Shown: in pieces, positions 51,022 to 63,274 of the stretch
Position numbering within the stretch: the first letter of the stretch is position 1
Layout: the number at the start of each line of letters is the position of its first letter
DNA from: Felis catus
Taxonomy: Eukaryota
DNA length: 64,000 bases
Reading direction: 5' to 3'
Assembly (NCBI RefSeq): GCF_018350175.1
Contig: NC_058368.1
Coordinates: 98,954,001-99,018,000 of the forward strand
Position numbers and translations under genes: made by a program
The notes under the pieces: generated by a model
The model's input: the letters and a program-made list of their open reading frames with translations, nothing else
Told to the model about the DNA's origin: nothing
Database searches by the model: none

Positions 51022-51655
51022 CATATTTTTTAATTTTTTGGAGTATAGTTGACCCACAATGTTACATTAGTTTCAGGTGTACAACATACAACTTTTCTGT
51101 ATGTTATGCTCTGTTGACCATGAGTGTCACTACCAATCTGTCACCATACAATGCTATCATAATACCACTGAATATATGCCCTATGCTGTGCCTTTTATTC
51201 CCATTACTTATTCCTTCCATAAGTAGAATCCTGTAGCTCCCACTACCCTTTACGCATGTGTCCATTCCCCCCACACCTCTCCCATCTGACAACCGTCAAT
51301 TTGTTCTCTGTATTTATGAGTCTCATCCTGCTTTTTGTTTATTCATTTGTATTTTTTAGATTCCATATGTGAGTGAGATTATATGATATTTGGTTTGCTC
51401 TGTTTACACTTAGCATTAGACCATTTGGGTCCATCCATGTTGTCACAAATGGCAAGATTTTAACCTTTTTGGGGGCTGCTTAATACTGCATTGTGTATGT
51501 ATGTGTGTGTGTGTAATGATGGATATTTGGATTTCTTCCATATCTTAGCTACTGGAATAATGTAAATATTGTAATATTGTAAACAGTGCTGCTTTAAATT
51601 GGTGTTTTTGTTTTCTTTGGGTAAATATCCAGTAGTGGAATTATTGGATCATATT
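51022..51655 (-). mobile_element. Carnivore L1 (L1_Carn-like) 3' end
   Basis: 'gtatagttgacccacaatgttacattagtttcaggtgtacaacata', 'ggtccatccatgttgtcacaaatggcaagatt'. Confidence 0.9.
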
Positions 51656-51745
51656 AAAACCCAGGTATCTTAATTCCTGTGGTATAGTCTTTCAACTCTG
51701 TCAAGTAAAGAGCACTATAAAAGATTGGCTGAACACTCATTTATA

Positions 51746-51948
51746 CTTTTTTTTATGTTTATTTTTTAATTTTTTTTAATGTTTATTTTTGAGACAGAGA
51801 CAGAGCACGAGCGGGGAAGAATCTGAAGCAGGCTCCAGGCTCCAAGCTGTCAGCACAGAGCCCCATGCGGGGCTCGAACTCATGGACCGTGAGACCATGA
51901 CCTGAGCCGAAGTCAGATGCTTAACCGACTGAGCCACCCAGGTGCCCC
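51746..51948 (-). mobile_element. SINEC_Fc-type SINE with internal deletion, in the tail of the next copy
   Basis: First (GA)n block missing; abuts second SINE. Confidence 0.93.
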
Positions 51949-52146
51949 AATGTTTGTTTATTTTTGAGAGACAGAGCATGGGTGGTATAGGGGCAGAGAG
52001 AGAGAGAGAGAGACAGAATCTGAAGTAGGCTCCTGGCTCTGAGCTGTCAGTACAGAGCCCCATGTGGGGTTTGAACTCACAAACTGGGAGATCATGACCT
52101 GAGCTGACCTGGGACACTTAACTGACTGAGCCACCCAGGTGCCCCC
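51949..52146 (-). mobile_element. SINEC_Fc-type SINE
   Basis: Antisense body ending ggtgccccc. Confidence 0.94.
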
Positions 52147-53811
52147 TTAATACTTAGAAATGGTATTCAAGACCACATGTTGGAGTCAACTCCACAGATA
52201 TTTTAGCTGTCTCATCCATTTTGGGCTCCTTTCATTCCTTTTTACTCTTTTTACCACTTTGCTGGATTTGTCCGAATAAGTGAGTCCATAATGCTCATTC
52301 TGGCATCCTAGCTTATTGTACCATTACTTGCATCTTAATGCTTTCTTTACATTTTACAACTTCTTTCCCAAGCATATAACTTCTTCTATCACTATCTCTA
52401 ATTACAACTGATTTTGTTTTGATTTGTTTTGTTTTTATTTCTGTCTTCAGGTATGTTCTTTATCCTGCCTAGAATTCACCCTAACCAAGATTTCCTTGGT
52501 GCATATTGTCTGGCATTTGGTTCTAGATTGATTGTACTATATTGATATTACAGTGTTTCAATCCTTGTACTCTCTTATAACTTCCACAAAGTTGTGAGCT
52601 CCTTGAATGACACAACAACAGGAAGGCAGTAAAGAATGGGGTCCTCAACCAATGTGGTGCAGTTGATTTACTGAAAATTAGATCGTAACTCTCTGTATGA
52701 AATGTAAAAAATATGGTAGGGTAGAAGTGTAGGATGTGAGAACATATGCTTTTCTGCGTATAACAGAACCTCTTTTCTAAAGGAACCCTCAGGTTCTCAT
52801 AAATACCTGTTTCCAGATCTCAGGGATCAGGTGGCAGTAGTTTCCAGTCAATTTCAAATAGATTTCAGGTTTCCGGTAGCACATGTCTTCTACAAATCGC
52901 CAGCACTTTTTCTCTATAAAGAGATGCATCATATAATTTTGGGGATTTGGTAGCAGATGTAGCTGCAGTTTAATACTCAGCAAGTGTTAAAAGCTGACCT
53001 TGAGCCTTGGAGAGGATATTATTAAAAGATGGAGCATGCCCCTTTTCTCTGTACCAACTCTGGAGCTAGTGTCTTAATGTTTCCCTAGGTTGTCGTGGAC
53101 TTAATATCTGCTGTGAAAGATGGTGCATTGGAAGTGCAGCCTGGCATCTTCTGATCCATCTCAAGAGGCCTTGCAGACTGCCATCAAGTAGTCGTCCAAG
53201 CCCTAGTGTTGAACTTAAATGTACACCAGCCCCCAAAGTCTGAGATGAAATGTAACCAAGCAGTTCATGAAGAAGGCTCTCAATTGTTCTTTTGACATGT
53301 GAGCTCTTCCCCCATATTTTTTGCTTTGTTTCTTATTCTCAAATATTATTGGCAGGAAGACATGATAGATTTGTCCTAGTAAAGTTTATTTAAAATATAG
53401 AAAATAAATTTTGAATTTTATAATTTTTGGATACCTCTGGTACGATTTTCTAAGTCGAGAACAACTAACATGAAATTTGCTCAGCATTTTGGTTATAATT
53501 TCCTAGACATGATATATCATCCTTGGAGGAGATGCTTGAAAAGATAGGAAAATAGTCTGGAATGGAAAATTAACCTGGAAGCACATTTTTTCTCTCATGC
53601 CTATGTCACATAAACTGGAGTGTTACTATTTCATTTACATTTTTTGTATTCATTAAGGTCCCTAAAGTTTCACATGGAAGAGAAAGTATTCGCCAAAGGA
53701 GTAGATGAAAATAAAGTTATTTCCCAATCCCTTTTGCAGGAGAACATCCATACTGGAAAACTAGACTTTGCTAATATTTTTATTGTGTTGATGACAAGCA
53801 AGAAAATAATA

Positions 53812-53834
53812 AATGTTTTTAATGTTTATTTATT

Positions 53835-53873
<39 letters not shown>

Positions 53874-54040
53874 GCACGAGCAGGGGAGGAGCAGAGAGAA
53901 AGGGAGACACAGAATCCAAGACAGGCTCCAGGATCTGAGCTGTCAGCACAGAGTCCGATGCAGGGCTTGAACTCACAAACCATGAGATCATGATCTGAGC
54001 TGAAGCCAGACGCTCAACCAACCGAGCCACCCAGGCACCC
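53812..54040 (-). mobile_element. SINEC_Fc-type SINE
   Basis: TSD caagaaaataata at 53799-53811 and 54041-54053. Confidence 0.96.
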
Positions 54041-54081
54041 CAAGAAAATAATATCTTAGAAATAAGTTCACATATGGGTCT

Positions 54082-54292
54082 GGGAAGCCTGGGTGGCTCA
54101 GTCGGTTAAGCGTCCAATTTGGCTCAGGTCATGATCTCGCAGTTTGTGAGTTCAAGCCCCGCATCAGGCTCTGTGCTGTTAGCTTGGAGCCTGGAGTCTG
54201 CTACAGATTCTGTGTCTCTGTCTCTGCCTCTTCCCTGCTTGTTCTCTTTCTGTTTCTCTCAAAAATAAACATTAAAAACAAAATTTAAAAAA
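54082..54292 (+). mobile_element. SINEC_Fc-type SINE
   Basis: TSD aagttcacat(a/g)tgggtct at 54064-54081 and 54293-54310. Confidence 0.96.
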
Positions 54293-54399
54293 AAGTTCAC
54301 ATGTGGGTCTAAATGTTAAATTTATTTTAATTAACTGCTAAATCCTGCATATTAAAATTTATTTTATATCAAGAGCCTCTTATTACCTATTCACATTAA

Positions 54400-54968
54400 A
54401 AATGAATTTGTTTGTTCAAGTATGACATCATTCAGAAAACAACACAAATCATACATATATGGCTCAAATGGATTTCATAAAGGGATCCCACATGACCATT
54501 ACCCAGATGGAAAAAGAGAACATTCACAGCACGCTAGAAAATCTCTGGTACCTTTTCCACTTAACGCCTCTCCATCCTCCTCAGACTGCTTTTAAATACC
54601 GTATATTAGTTTTGACTGTTTTTGAACTAAATGTGATCATGCATTATATACTCTTTAATGTCTTTTTTTTTTTTTTACATAGAATTTTACAAAATTCAGC
54701 TGTGTGATTCTTCTGACAGTGGTTTGTTCATTTCATTGGCTGTATAGTAATTCATTGGATAAATTGTGTCATACAGTCTATTTCTTTCACTGTTGATGGA
54801 TATTTGGATTGTTTCCAGTTTTCAGCTCTTACAAATAATGCTGTTATATAGCTTCTTGTGCATGTCGTTTGACGTGAGGACGCATCCATTTCTGTGGGCT
54901 CTATGACTCTGAGTGTAATTACCAGTTCATATAATATTTTGTTTTCAGCATTAGCAGGGACTGCCAAG
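54400..54968 (-). mobile_element. Ancient L1ME/L1MC-like 3' end
   Basis: 'ctgttgatggatatttggattgtttccagttttcagc'; ORF 54752-54967 'ITALFVRAENWKQSKYPS' resembles ORF2 C-terminus. Confidence 0.85.
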
Positions 54969-55351
54969 TAACTGGAAATCTTTAGACTTTAATGAATAAA
55001 ATTCTCTTATATTTGGGTTTAAGCCTGTCATCTTACAGTTCCCCCCTGTATGCCTTAATGCTCTGTGTTCTTTTTCTCTTTCTTTGTCAGTACAGAGTTT
55101 GAGTTGTTGGTGTTCACCATTGCCCTTTATTAGCTTTTTAAGTAAATATTCTTCTACTCCTCTGTTGTGATTACCCAGGAGTTTATAATATGAATTCTTG
55201 GTTTAATAAATCTGACATAACTTTGTACTTTTACCACTTGTGTAATATACCATTCTGTGTCCTTTTAACACACTATCTTTTGCACTTGTTGACATGGATT
55301 ATTGTAATTCTCCATTTTAAACTCCCCAAACCAGTATCCCCATTATCATCA

Positions 55352-55553
55352 TTCATTAATTAATTCATTCATTCAGAGAGACAGAGAGCTCACATGCATA
55401 TGGGGGAGGTGCAGAGCAAGAGAGACAGAGAATCTTAAGCAGGCTCCTTGCCAGCATGATGCCCAGCATGGGGCTCTATCTCACAACTATGAGATCGTGA
55501 CCTGAGCCAAAATCAAGTCAGATGCTTAACCATTTGAGTCACCCAGGCGCCCC
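55352..55553 (-). mobile_element. Older Can-SINE with (ATTC)n tail
   Basis: Antisense body ending caggcgcccc. Confidence 0.9.
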
Positions 55554-55579
55554 CATCATTTTAGATAAGGATATGCTTT

Positions 55580-56208
55580 TTTTTTTTTAATTTTTTTATT
55601 TTTTAAAATTTACATCCACATTAGTATATAGTGCAACAGTGATTTCAGGAGTAGATTCCTTAGTGCCCCTTACCCATTTAGCCCATCCTCCCTCCCACCT
55701 CCCCTCCTGTAACCCTCGGTTCTCCATATTTATGAGACTCTTCTGTTTTGTCCCCCTCCCTGTTTTTATATTATTTTTGTTTCCCTTCCCTTATGTTCAT
55801 CTGTTTTGTTTCTTAAAGTCCTCATATGAGTGAAGTCATAGGATTTTTGTCTTTCTCTGACTGATTAATTTCACTTAGCATCATACCCTCCAGTTCCATC
55901 CATGTAGTTGCAAATGGCAAGATTTCATTCTTTTTGATTGCTGAGTAATACTCCATTGTATTTATGTACCACATCTTCTTTATCCATTCATCCATCGATG
56001 GACATTTGGGCTCTTCCCGTACTTTGGCTATCGTTGATAGTGCTGCTATACATATGGGGGTGCATGTGTCCCTTCGAAACAGCACACCTGTATCCCGTGG
56101 ATAAATGCCTAGTAGTGCAATTGCTGGGTCGTAAGGTAGTTCTATTTTTAGCTTTTTTGAGGAACCACCTTATTATTTTCCAGAGTGGCTGCACCAGCTT
56201 GCATTCCC
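55580..56208 (-). mobile_element. Relatively young felid L1 3' end, 5'-truncated
   Basis: ORF 55822-56085 matches ORF2 C-terminus (KCPSMDEWIKKMW..EYYSAIKKNEILPFATTWMELE); T tail; TSD aagg(a/t)tatgcttt at 55567-55579 and 56209-56221. Confidence 0.96.
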
Positions 56209-56741
56209 AAGGTTATGCTTTCTAATTCATGTTTATTACTTCCTGCAGTTTTTTTTTTAATTTTATCTGAAATTCTTTTCTTGCTGCCTATAAATTTTCC
56301 TTTAATTATTTTTTTAGTATTGCTCTGTTAGTCACATATTCTATTTTTTTTTTTACCTACAAACATCTTTGTTTCACTAATTTTGAGGAATACTACAGAA
56401 TTCTAGGTTGACATTTATTTTCCCTTAACATTTTAAAAGCGTGCTTTAACTGTCTTCTGGTTTCCATTGTTTCTGTTGAAAAAGAACTGTCAGTCTTATT
56501 GTTGCTTCTTTGTCAGTAGAAGTTTTTCTGGCTGTTTTTAAGATTCTCTCTTGATATTTGATTTTTAAAGGTTTTATTGTGTTGTGCCTGGGTGTGGTTT
56601 TCTTTACATTTATCCTCCTTTGTTTCTAGGGAGATTTATGTATGTGCCTTCCATTTTTTAATCATTAAAAAAATGTTAATCATTATCTCCAAATATTTCT
56701 TCCTCTCTCCCCAGATTTCCAGTTAAACATTTTTATTATCA

Positions 56742-56911
56742 GGATGCCTGGGTGGCTTAGTCAATTGAGTGTCTGATTCTTGATTTTTGCACAGGTCATG
56801 ATCTCATAGTTCATGAGTTTGAGCTCTGTGTCGGGCTCTGTGCTGGGGTGTGGAGACTGCTTGGGATTCTCTCTTTCTCACCCTCCCTCTCTGTCTGCCC
56901 CTCCTCAGCAT

Positions 56912-56949
<38 letters not shown>

Positions 56950-56984
56950 TCTCTCCTTAATTAATTAAATAATTAATTAATTAA
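56742..56984 (+). mobile_element. Can-SINE
   Basis: Head, long (CT)n, (TTAA)n tail; TSD aaacattttta. Confidence 0.93.
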
Positions 56985-57061
56985 AAACATTTTTATCCCA
57001 CATTTCTACCTACATTATATACTTTCCCTCATTTATAGCTGTCCATGTATAAATCTGAATA

Positions 57062-57250
57062 ATTTTTAAAATGCTTATTTATTTTGAGAGAGAGAAAGAG
57101 AGCAAGCGAGTGCACAGAGGAGGGACAGAGAGGGAAAGAGAATTCCAAGCAGGAATTCAGTACGAGCCCAGGATGGAGCTCAAACTCACAAACTGTGAGA
57201 TTGTGACCTGAGATACTTAACTGACTGAGCCACTGAATTCAGTGTGCCCC
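57062..57250 (-). mobile_element. Degenerate Can-SINE with internal deletions
   Basis: Antisense body; TSD tgaata(a/c)ttttt. Confidence 0.88.
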
Positions 57251-58503
57251 TGAATACTTTTTATTTACTTATATTGCCTGTCATTTCCTCTTTTCTACTT
57301 TGTCTTAGCTCCTATTGAACAAGTGTTAATTTTAGGTATAATATATTTTAGTTTTTTTTTTTTTTCCATGTAATGTTTTAAAATAGACTCAGTTCTCTGG
57401 TTAAATTTCAACTTTTCATCTTTTAAGAATATATTGGTCACAGTTATTTTGACATCTGTGTAAGATACTAACACCCGGGTCACCTTCGAATCTTTTTCTG
57501 TTTTTTTTCCCCTTTGGTTTTCAGCCATTTGTTTTTTTAACGTGATATAACTGGTAATCTTCCATTGGATACCAGACATTTTTTTATGATACTTTAAGAG
57601 ACCATTATAAACACAAGAAAATGTTATCTCTTACCAGAAAGGAAATGTAATTGCTTTCTGACTTGTAGCTAAAGTAGGGGCAAATTACTTTGATTCAGTT
57701 CGGTATTACATTTATGCAAAGGTAGGTTTGAGTGTTTTGTTAGGTTAGGTCCGTATTCAGGACTCTTCTTATTCCTAAAGTGCAGCTTCCAAAGTCCTAT
57801 GTAGAAGTCTGGGATGTATGCCAAAGTCTCTCTCTGTTGGCAGGCTCTAATTTCTAATTTCTGTTAACCCTGCTCTGTGAAACTTCCCAAAGTTCTGTTC
57901 TTAGTCAGTATTCTGCTTACCTTCCGAGCCTTTTGGCCACAAAGCTGCTTATAAATCAGTAAATGCCTCAGCAACACAATATATTGTATTTACTGTAATG
58001 CACTTTCTTTCTCTCTGGAATTATTGCCCTGGAGATCCTGGTTGATTAGTAGCCCTGAGGTTTTAACTTTGGGTTATCCAACCCTCCAAGGCTGATGAAA
58101 GTTTACCTCACATTCTTATCCTTCTAGCTTATGTTTCCTGCTTGGTTTTCTGGCCTCTATGCCTTATGTAGTTTAGGATTTTGCAACATGCCTTCAGGGA
58201 AGAGTGTAGTTCACTTCTATGCCAGGCTCACTTCAGTGAGCTTTTATTCTTTCCCTGAATTCTGACGTCTGAAATCCTAGTTTCCTTGGTAGCTGTTTTC
58301 TAGTTGTTTTTCTTGGGAAGTATATTTGCTAAAGGCATTCCACTATTATCAGAAACAGTTAAATTCAACTAACTACTTGAAAATATTAACTGAGTAATTA
58401 CTATAATAATATCAATCTGTCTGCAAATACATATCAAATAGATAACATTTATATCTGTAATGGTTCTGCTTTCAAAAGTAGTCTATTTAAAAGTAACATT
58501 GTA

Positions 58504-58727
58504 GGGGCGCCTGGGTGGCTCAGTCAGTTGAGCGTCCGACTTCGGCTCAGGTCATGATCTCGCGGTCCGTGGGTTCGAGCCCTGCCTCGGGCTCTGTGCC
58601 GACAGCTCAGAGCCTGGAGCCTGTTTCAGATTCTGTGTCTCCCTCTCTCTCTCTCTGACCCTCCCCCGTTCGTGCTCTGTCTCTCTCTGTCTCAAAAATA
58701 AATAAATGTTAAAAAAAATTAAAAAAA
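58504..58727 (+). mobile_element. Young SINEC_Fc-type SINE
   Basis: CpG-rich; TSD aaaagtaacattgt at 58489-58502 and 58728-58741. Confidence 0.97.
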
Positions 58728-58889
58728 AAAAGTAACATTGTTATGCAACATTCAGTCAGGTTACCAGTTTTCAAAAAGGACTTCTAGAACAGAGAGAAAT
58801 TTCTCTCCCCTGATGAATTACACAGAAATTCTTATTTTGTTGTGGAATAACCCAATCTTAATGTGCATTGTTAAGATGTAAATAATATA

Positions 58890-59106
58890 GGGCACCTGGG
58901 TGGCTCGGTCGGTTAAGGGGCTGACTTCGGCTCAGGTCATGATCTAGAAGTCCGTGAGTTCAAGCCCCGCATCAGGCTCTGTGCTGACAGCTTGGAGCCT
59001 GGAGCCTGTTTCAGATTCTGTGTCTCCTTCTCTCTGACCCTCCCCCATTCATGCTCTGTCTCTCTCGGTCTCAAAAATAAATAAACGTTAAAAAAAATTT
59101 TTTTTA
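58890..59106 (+). mobile_element. SINEC_Fc-type SINE
   Basis: TSD atgtaaataata at 58876-58887 and 59107-59118. Confidence 0.96.
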
Positions 59107-59129
59107 ATGTAAATAATAGTCTTTTTATT

Positions 59130-59367
59130 CATTTCATTATTTTTTTAATGTTTGTTTATTTTAGAGACAGAGAGAGAGAGAGAGAAAGAGAGAGAGAGCG
59201 CGCCTGAATGGGGAAGGGTCAAAGAGAGAGGGAGACAGAATCCACAGCAGGCTCTAGGCTTCTAGTTGTCAGCACAGAGCCCAACACGGGGCTCGAACCC
59301 ACAAACCACGAGATCATGACCTGAGTCTAAGTCAGACACTTAACCAGCTGAGCCACCCAGGCGCCCC
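59130..59367 (-). mobile_element. SINEC_Fc-type SINE
   Basis: Antisense body ending caggcgcccc. Confidence 0.95.
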
Positions 59368-59601
59368 AGACTTTTTTCTTTTAAATTCAATCACACACAA
59401 AAGATTTTATGGTAAGAGTATGTTTCATTTTGTAAGAAATTGCCAAAATATTTTTCTAAATTGTCCATATGCTGTACCTTGTATCCTTAGAACTTATTTA
59501 TCTTGTAACTGGAAGTTTGTACCATTTGATCAAAATCTTCACATTTCCTCTGTTTCCCAAACTCTAGTAACCATGAGTTTACCCTCCCTGAGTTTGATGT
59601 T

Positions 59602-59821
59602 AAAAAAAATAATAATAATGTTTATTTTTGAGAGAGAGAGAGAAAGAGAGCGAGCACGTGACAGGGACGGGCAGAGAGAGAGGGAGACACAGAATCCAAA
59701 GCAGGCTCCAGGCTCCAAGCTGTCAGCACAGAGCCTGACGCGGGGCTCAAACTCATCAACTGCGAGATCATGACCTGAGCCGAAGTCAGACTCTCAACCG
59801 ACTGAGCCACCCAGGTGCCCC
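59602..59821 (-). mobile_element. SINEC_Fc-type SINE inside L1
   Basis: TSD agtttgat(g/a)tt at 59591-59601 and 59823-59833. Confidence 0.96.
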
Positions 59822-59978
59822 AAGTTTGATATTTTTTAGATTCCACACATAAGTGAGATCACCCAGTATTTATTTTTATCTGAATTATTTTATCTGACTT
59901 ATAATGTTCTAATAGTCCATCCATGTTGTTATAAATGGGAAAATTTTCTTCTTTTTTAATGACTGAATATTAGAATAC

Positions 59979-60029
<51 letters not shown>

Positions 60030-60355
60030 ACTTTCTTTATCTGTTCATCTACTGATGGACATTTAGGTTGTTTACATGCCCTGGCAATTGTTAATAATGC
60101 TGCAATAAGCATGGGATTACGTGGGAGTGCACTATATCTTTAAGATAATGCTTTTCCTTCCTTTGGATATATACCCCAAGGTGGGGTTGCTGGATATTAT
60201 GGTAATTCTGCTTTTAATTTTTTGAGAAACTTCCATGTTGTTTTCCATAGTGACTGTACCAGTTTACATTCCCATCAACAATATATAGGGGTTTCTTTTC
60301 TCCACATTCTTGCCAACATTTCTTATCTGTTGCACTTTTGTGAAGAGCCATTCTT

Positions 60356-60514
60356 GGGGCTCCTGGGTGGCTCAGTGGGTTAAGTGTCCAACTTAGGCAC
60401 AGGTCATGATTTCTTGGCTTATGAGCTCAGGCCCCATTAGGGCTCTGTGGTGACAGCTAAGAGCCTGGAGCCTGCTTCAGGTTCTGTGTTTCCCTCTGTC
60501 TCTGACCTTCCCCT

Positions 60515-60560
<46 letters not shown>

Positions 60561-60580
60561 AAACAAATAAACATTTAAAA
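60356..60580 (+). mobile_element. SINEC_Fc-type SINE inside L1
   Basis: Head, (CT)n, tail; TSD-like cattcttg. Confidence 0.94.
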
Positions 60581-62799
60581 AGATAGCATTCTTGTTGTTG
60601 TATTTGCAATTGCATGATTAGTGATGTTGTGCGTCTTTGCATGTATTTGTTGACCATTGGATATCTTCTTTGAAAAATGTCTGTTCAAGTTATCTGCTCA
60701 TTTTTATTGAGATTGTTTTATTTTTTTTTACTATTGATTTTTATAAGTTCTTTGTATATTTTAGATATGAAGCTTCTATCATATATATGATTTGCACATG
60801 TTTTCTCCCGTTCCTTAAGTTGTTTTTTATGTGGTCCTCCTTATTTATTTTTGTTTTTGTTTCTTGTGTTTTTGATGTCATATCCAAAAACTCATTGTTA
60901 ATACTAATTTAAGGAGCTTTCCCCCTATGTTTTCTTCTAAGAGTTTCACAGTTTCAAGCTTGTTTAAGATTTTAATTCATTTTGAGGGTTTTCTGTTGTT
61001 TCTGTTGTGGTAAAAAATAGGGTTCCAGTTTTAGTCTTTTGCATGTGATTGTCCATTTTTCCCAAAATCGCAGTTGTCAAATATAAGTTGACTCTATAAA
61101 TGAAGGCTTATTTCTGGGTTCTTGATTCTTTTGGCCTTTGTGTCCGTTTTTATGCTATTATCATACTTGTTTTATCACCATAGATTTATAATGTATTTTG
61201 AAATCAGGAAGTGTGTGGTGCTTCTAGCTTTGTATTCCCTTCTCAAGATTGCTTTGGCTACTTCGAAGGCTTTTGTGGTTGTATGAATTTAAGGATATGT
61301 ATCTATGTCTGCAAAAGTGGCATTAGAATTTTGATAGGGTTTTCATTGAATCAGTACATGGATTTAGGGAGTATAGATTAGAAACAATATCAACTCGTCT
61401 GATCCATCAGCACAGATTGTTTTTCTGTTTATTTGTGTCTTCTTCAATTTATTTTTCATTAACGTCTTCTAGTTTTTGGAGTGCAGTACTTTTTCTTGGC
61501 TAAATTTATGGTATTTTATGTTTCTGATGTGACTTTAAATGGGATTGTTTTCTGTATTTTTTGGTGGGAGGGATCGTTCAATGTTATTGTATAGAAATAC
61601 AAGTGATTTTTCTTTGTTTTCTTTTGTGTCCTAAAACTCCTGAATTCATTTATTCTAACAGGATTTAGGTGGATTCCTAGGATTTTGTAGGATTTTAATC
61701 ATTTAGGGTATAATTATATCAGGAGTTTCTATGAAAAGAGAAGCTTCCATTTGTCTGGGTCTATTCCACCTCTACAACTTCAGTACAGGTGATTCTGACA
61801 GTTGGGACCACTTTGCTTCCAGAGCACACTTGCACTTGGCCTGTTGCATCAGGAGATCAAAACCCATTTTTGTCACTTTGGGTGTATATAGCACCTATTT
61901 GCCAAGAGTCTCTGAGTTAGATAACATGATTTTGCTTAGAGTGGGGAAAAAGCACATCGGTGAGTAAAAAGGAGAGACCCTTTAATCTCTGGGAACTTTA
62001 ACAATGTAGCCTATTGGCTTGGCCCTTGGGAATTTAGAGGTCTTGTTTATTTCATTAAATTTCACCATTGTTTGAATTCTAAGTGAAGCCTATACTTGGC
62101 AGAGTATGAGTTACTACTCATGCGCTGCTCTGTTTTGAATATAGAATGACTAGAAACCAAGTGGTGAAAATGTTCTTTGTAGCCCCTTAAAACTTTCAGC
62201 TTCCATAGTGTGTTCTCCTACATATGCTTTTCCTGAGTGTTTTCCTTTTTGTAAAGTATCAGGCTCTGATTTATGGATACCCACAGATTAAAAACATTCT
62301 TCAACTAGAGTCGAGCAGTTTTAAAAATTGCTGACTGTGTCAAATTTGTTTTCCACATTACCAGTGTATACATTTTAAGGAGGCAGTGCTCATCCGTTCT
62401 AATAACAAGAGCAAGCGTAAATACTGTAATGCATCAGTTGAGGGCTGTGGATTACTAGGATTGAGTTAGCTGCATGTGGTTCCATGTAATGCTTCTCATA
62501 TTTTCATAGTGGTAGGATTATGTTTGGGACAGTTTCTTTCACATGAGATGGGGGAGGAGAAACTTCATTTATGTTAATACAATTTTTTTTTTTTTGGTCA
62601 TTAATAAAATCATCTTTTCGCCGTCTTTTATAAAAAACAAATGTTGACCAATTCCTGCCTTGCTCTGAGATTCTACACAGATTTCTTTAATATATCTTGT
62701 CATTCGAATCTAGTTCTTCATGTAGGGACCAAAGGCACTAGTAACACAGAACCTGAGGTGAGGAAAATGAATAGGAGAGTGAATAGAAGATTGCCTGAT

Positions 62800-63265
62800 T
62801 TTTTGTAAAGTAAATTTAAAAAGATATTTAGAAAGCAGCTGGGATATTCCAGTCCCTGCACTAGAAATTATATATAAAAGAGTGCCTATGACCTCTAGGT
62901 GTTCACAGTCTAGCAAGGGCAGATAAGAAAACACATACCTGAGATTATAAAAATATGCCAATAGTGCTGTAGAAGCAGAGAGAGCCAAGAGTGTTGCTTC
63001 ATGGGAAATATAAGGAAACCTTCTCAGAGAAGATGATATCTGGGTTGATAATGTGTTGTAGGAGTTCCGCTAGCTGTCAATGGTGGTGGAAAGGTCTGGT
63101 GATTCTCAAAAGAGGAAATACAGTTTTCTTTTGGGGGATCTCTTTTACCTAGATCAAGGCTTTAACCTGGACAGAACTTGGAGTAAGGCAGAACATTTGG
63201 TGGGAGAATGAAGGCATAGTAGAAGACCAAAGGTGGGATGAGAATCATAGAGTCATTAAGACAAT
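62800..63265 (-). mobile_element. L2 3' fragment
   Basis: 'gttcacagtctagc', 'aaggaaaccttctcagagaagatgatatctggg'. Confidence 0.55.
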
Positions 63266-63274
63266 CTGTTTCTT

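Larger units (their letters stand above)
56250..57590 (-). mobile_element. Ancient L1M/HAL1-like ORF1-region remnant with two SINE insertions
   Basis: 'gaattctaggttgac', 'actgtcttctggtttccattgtttctgttgaaaa', 'gtgcctgggtgtggttttctt'. Confidence 0.75.
59405..61690 (-). mobile_element. L1 (L1MA9-like) ORF2 3' part and 3'UTR, with two SINE insertions
   Basis: Continuous antisense L1 motifs; ORF 59909-60112 'IAALLTIARACKQPKCPSVDE'. Confidence 0.92.

Noticed and set aside
55580..56208. Active L1
   Set aside because: Only ~630 bp of 3' end; no promoter, ORF1, endonuclease or RT
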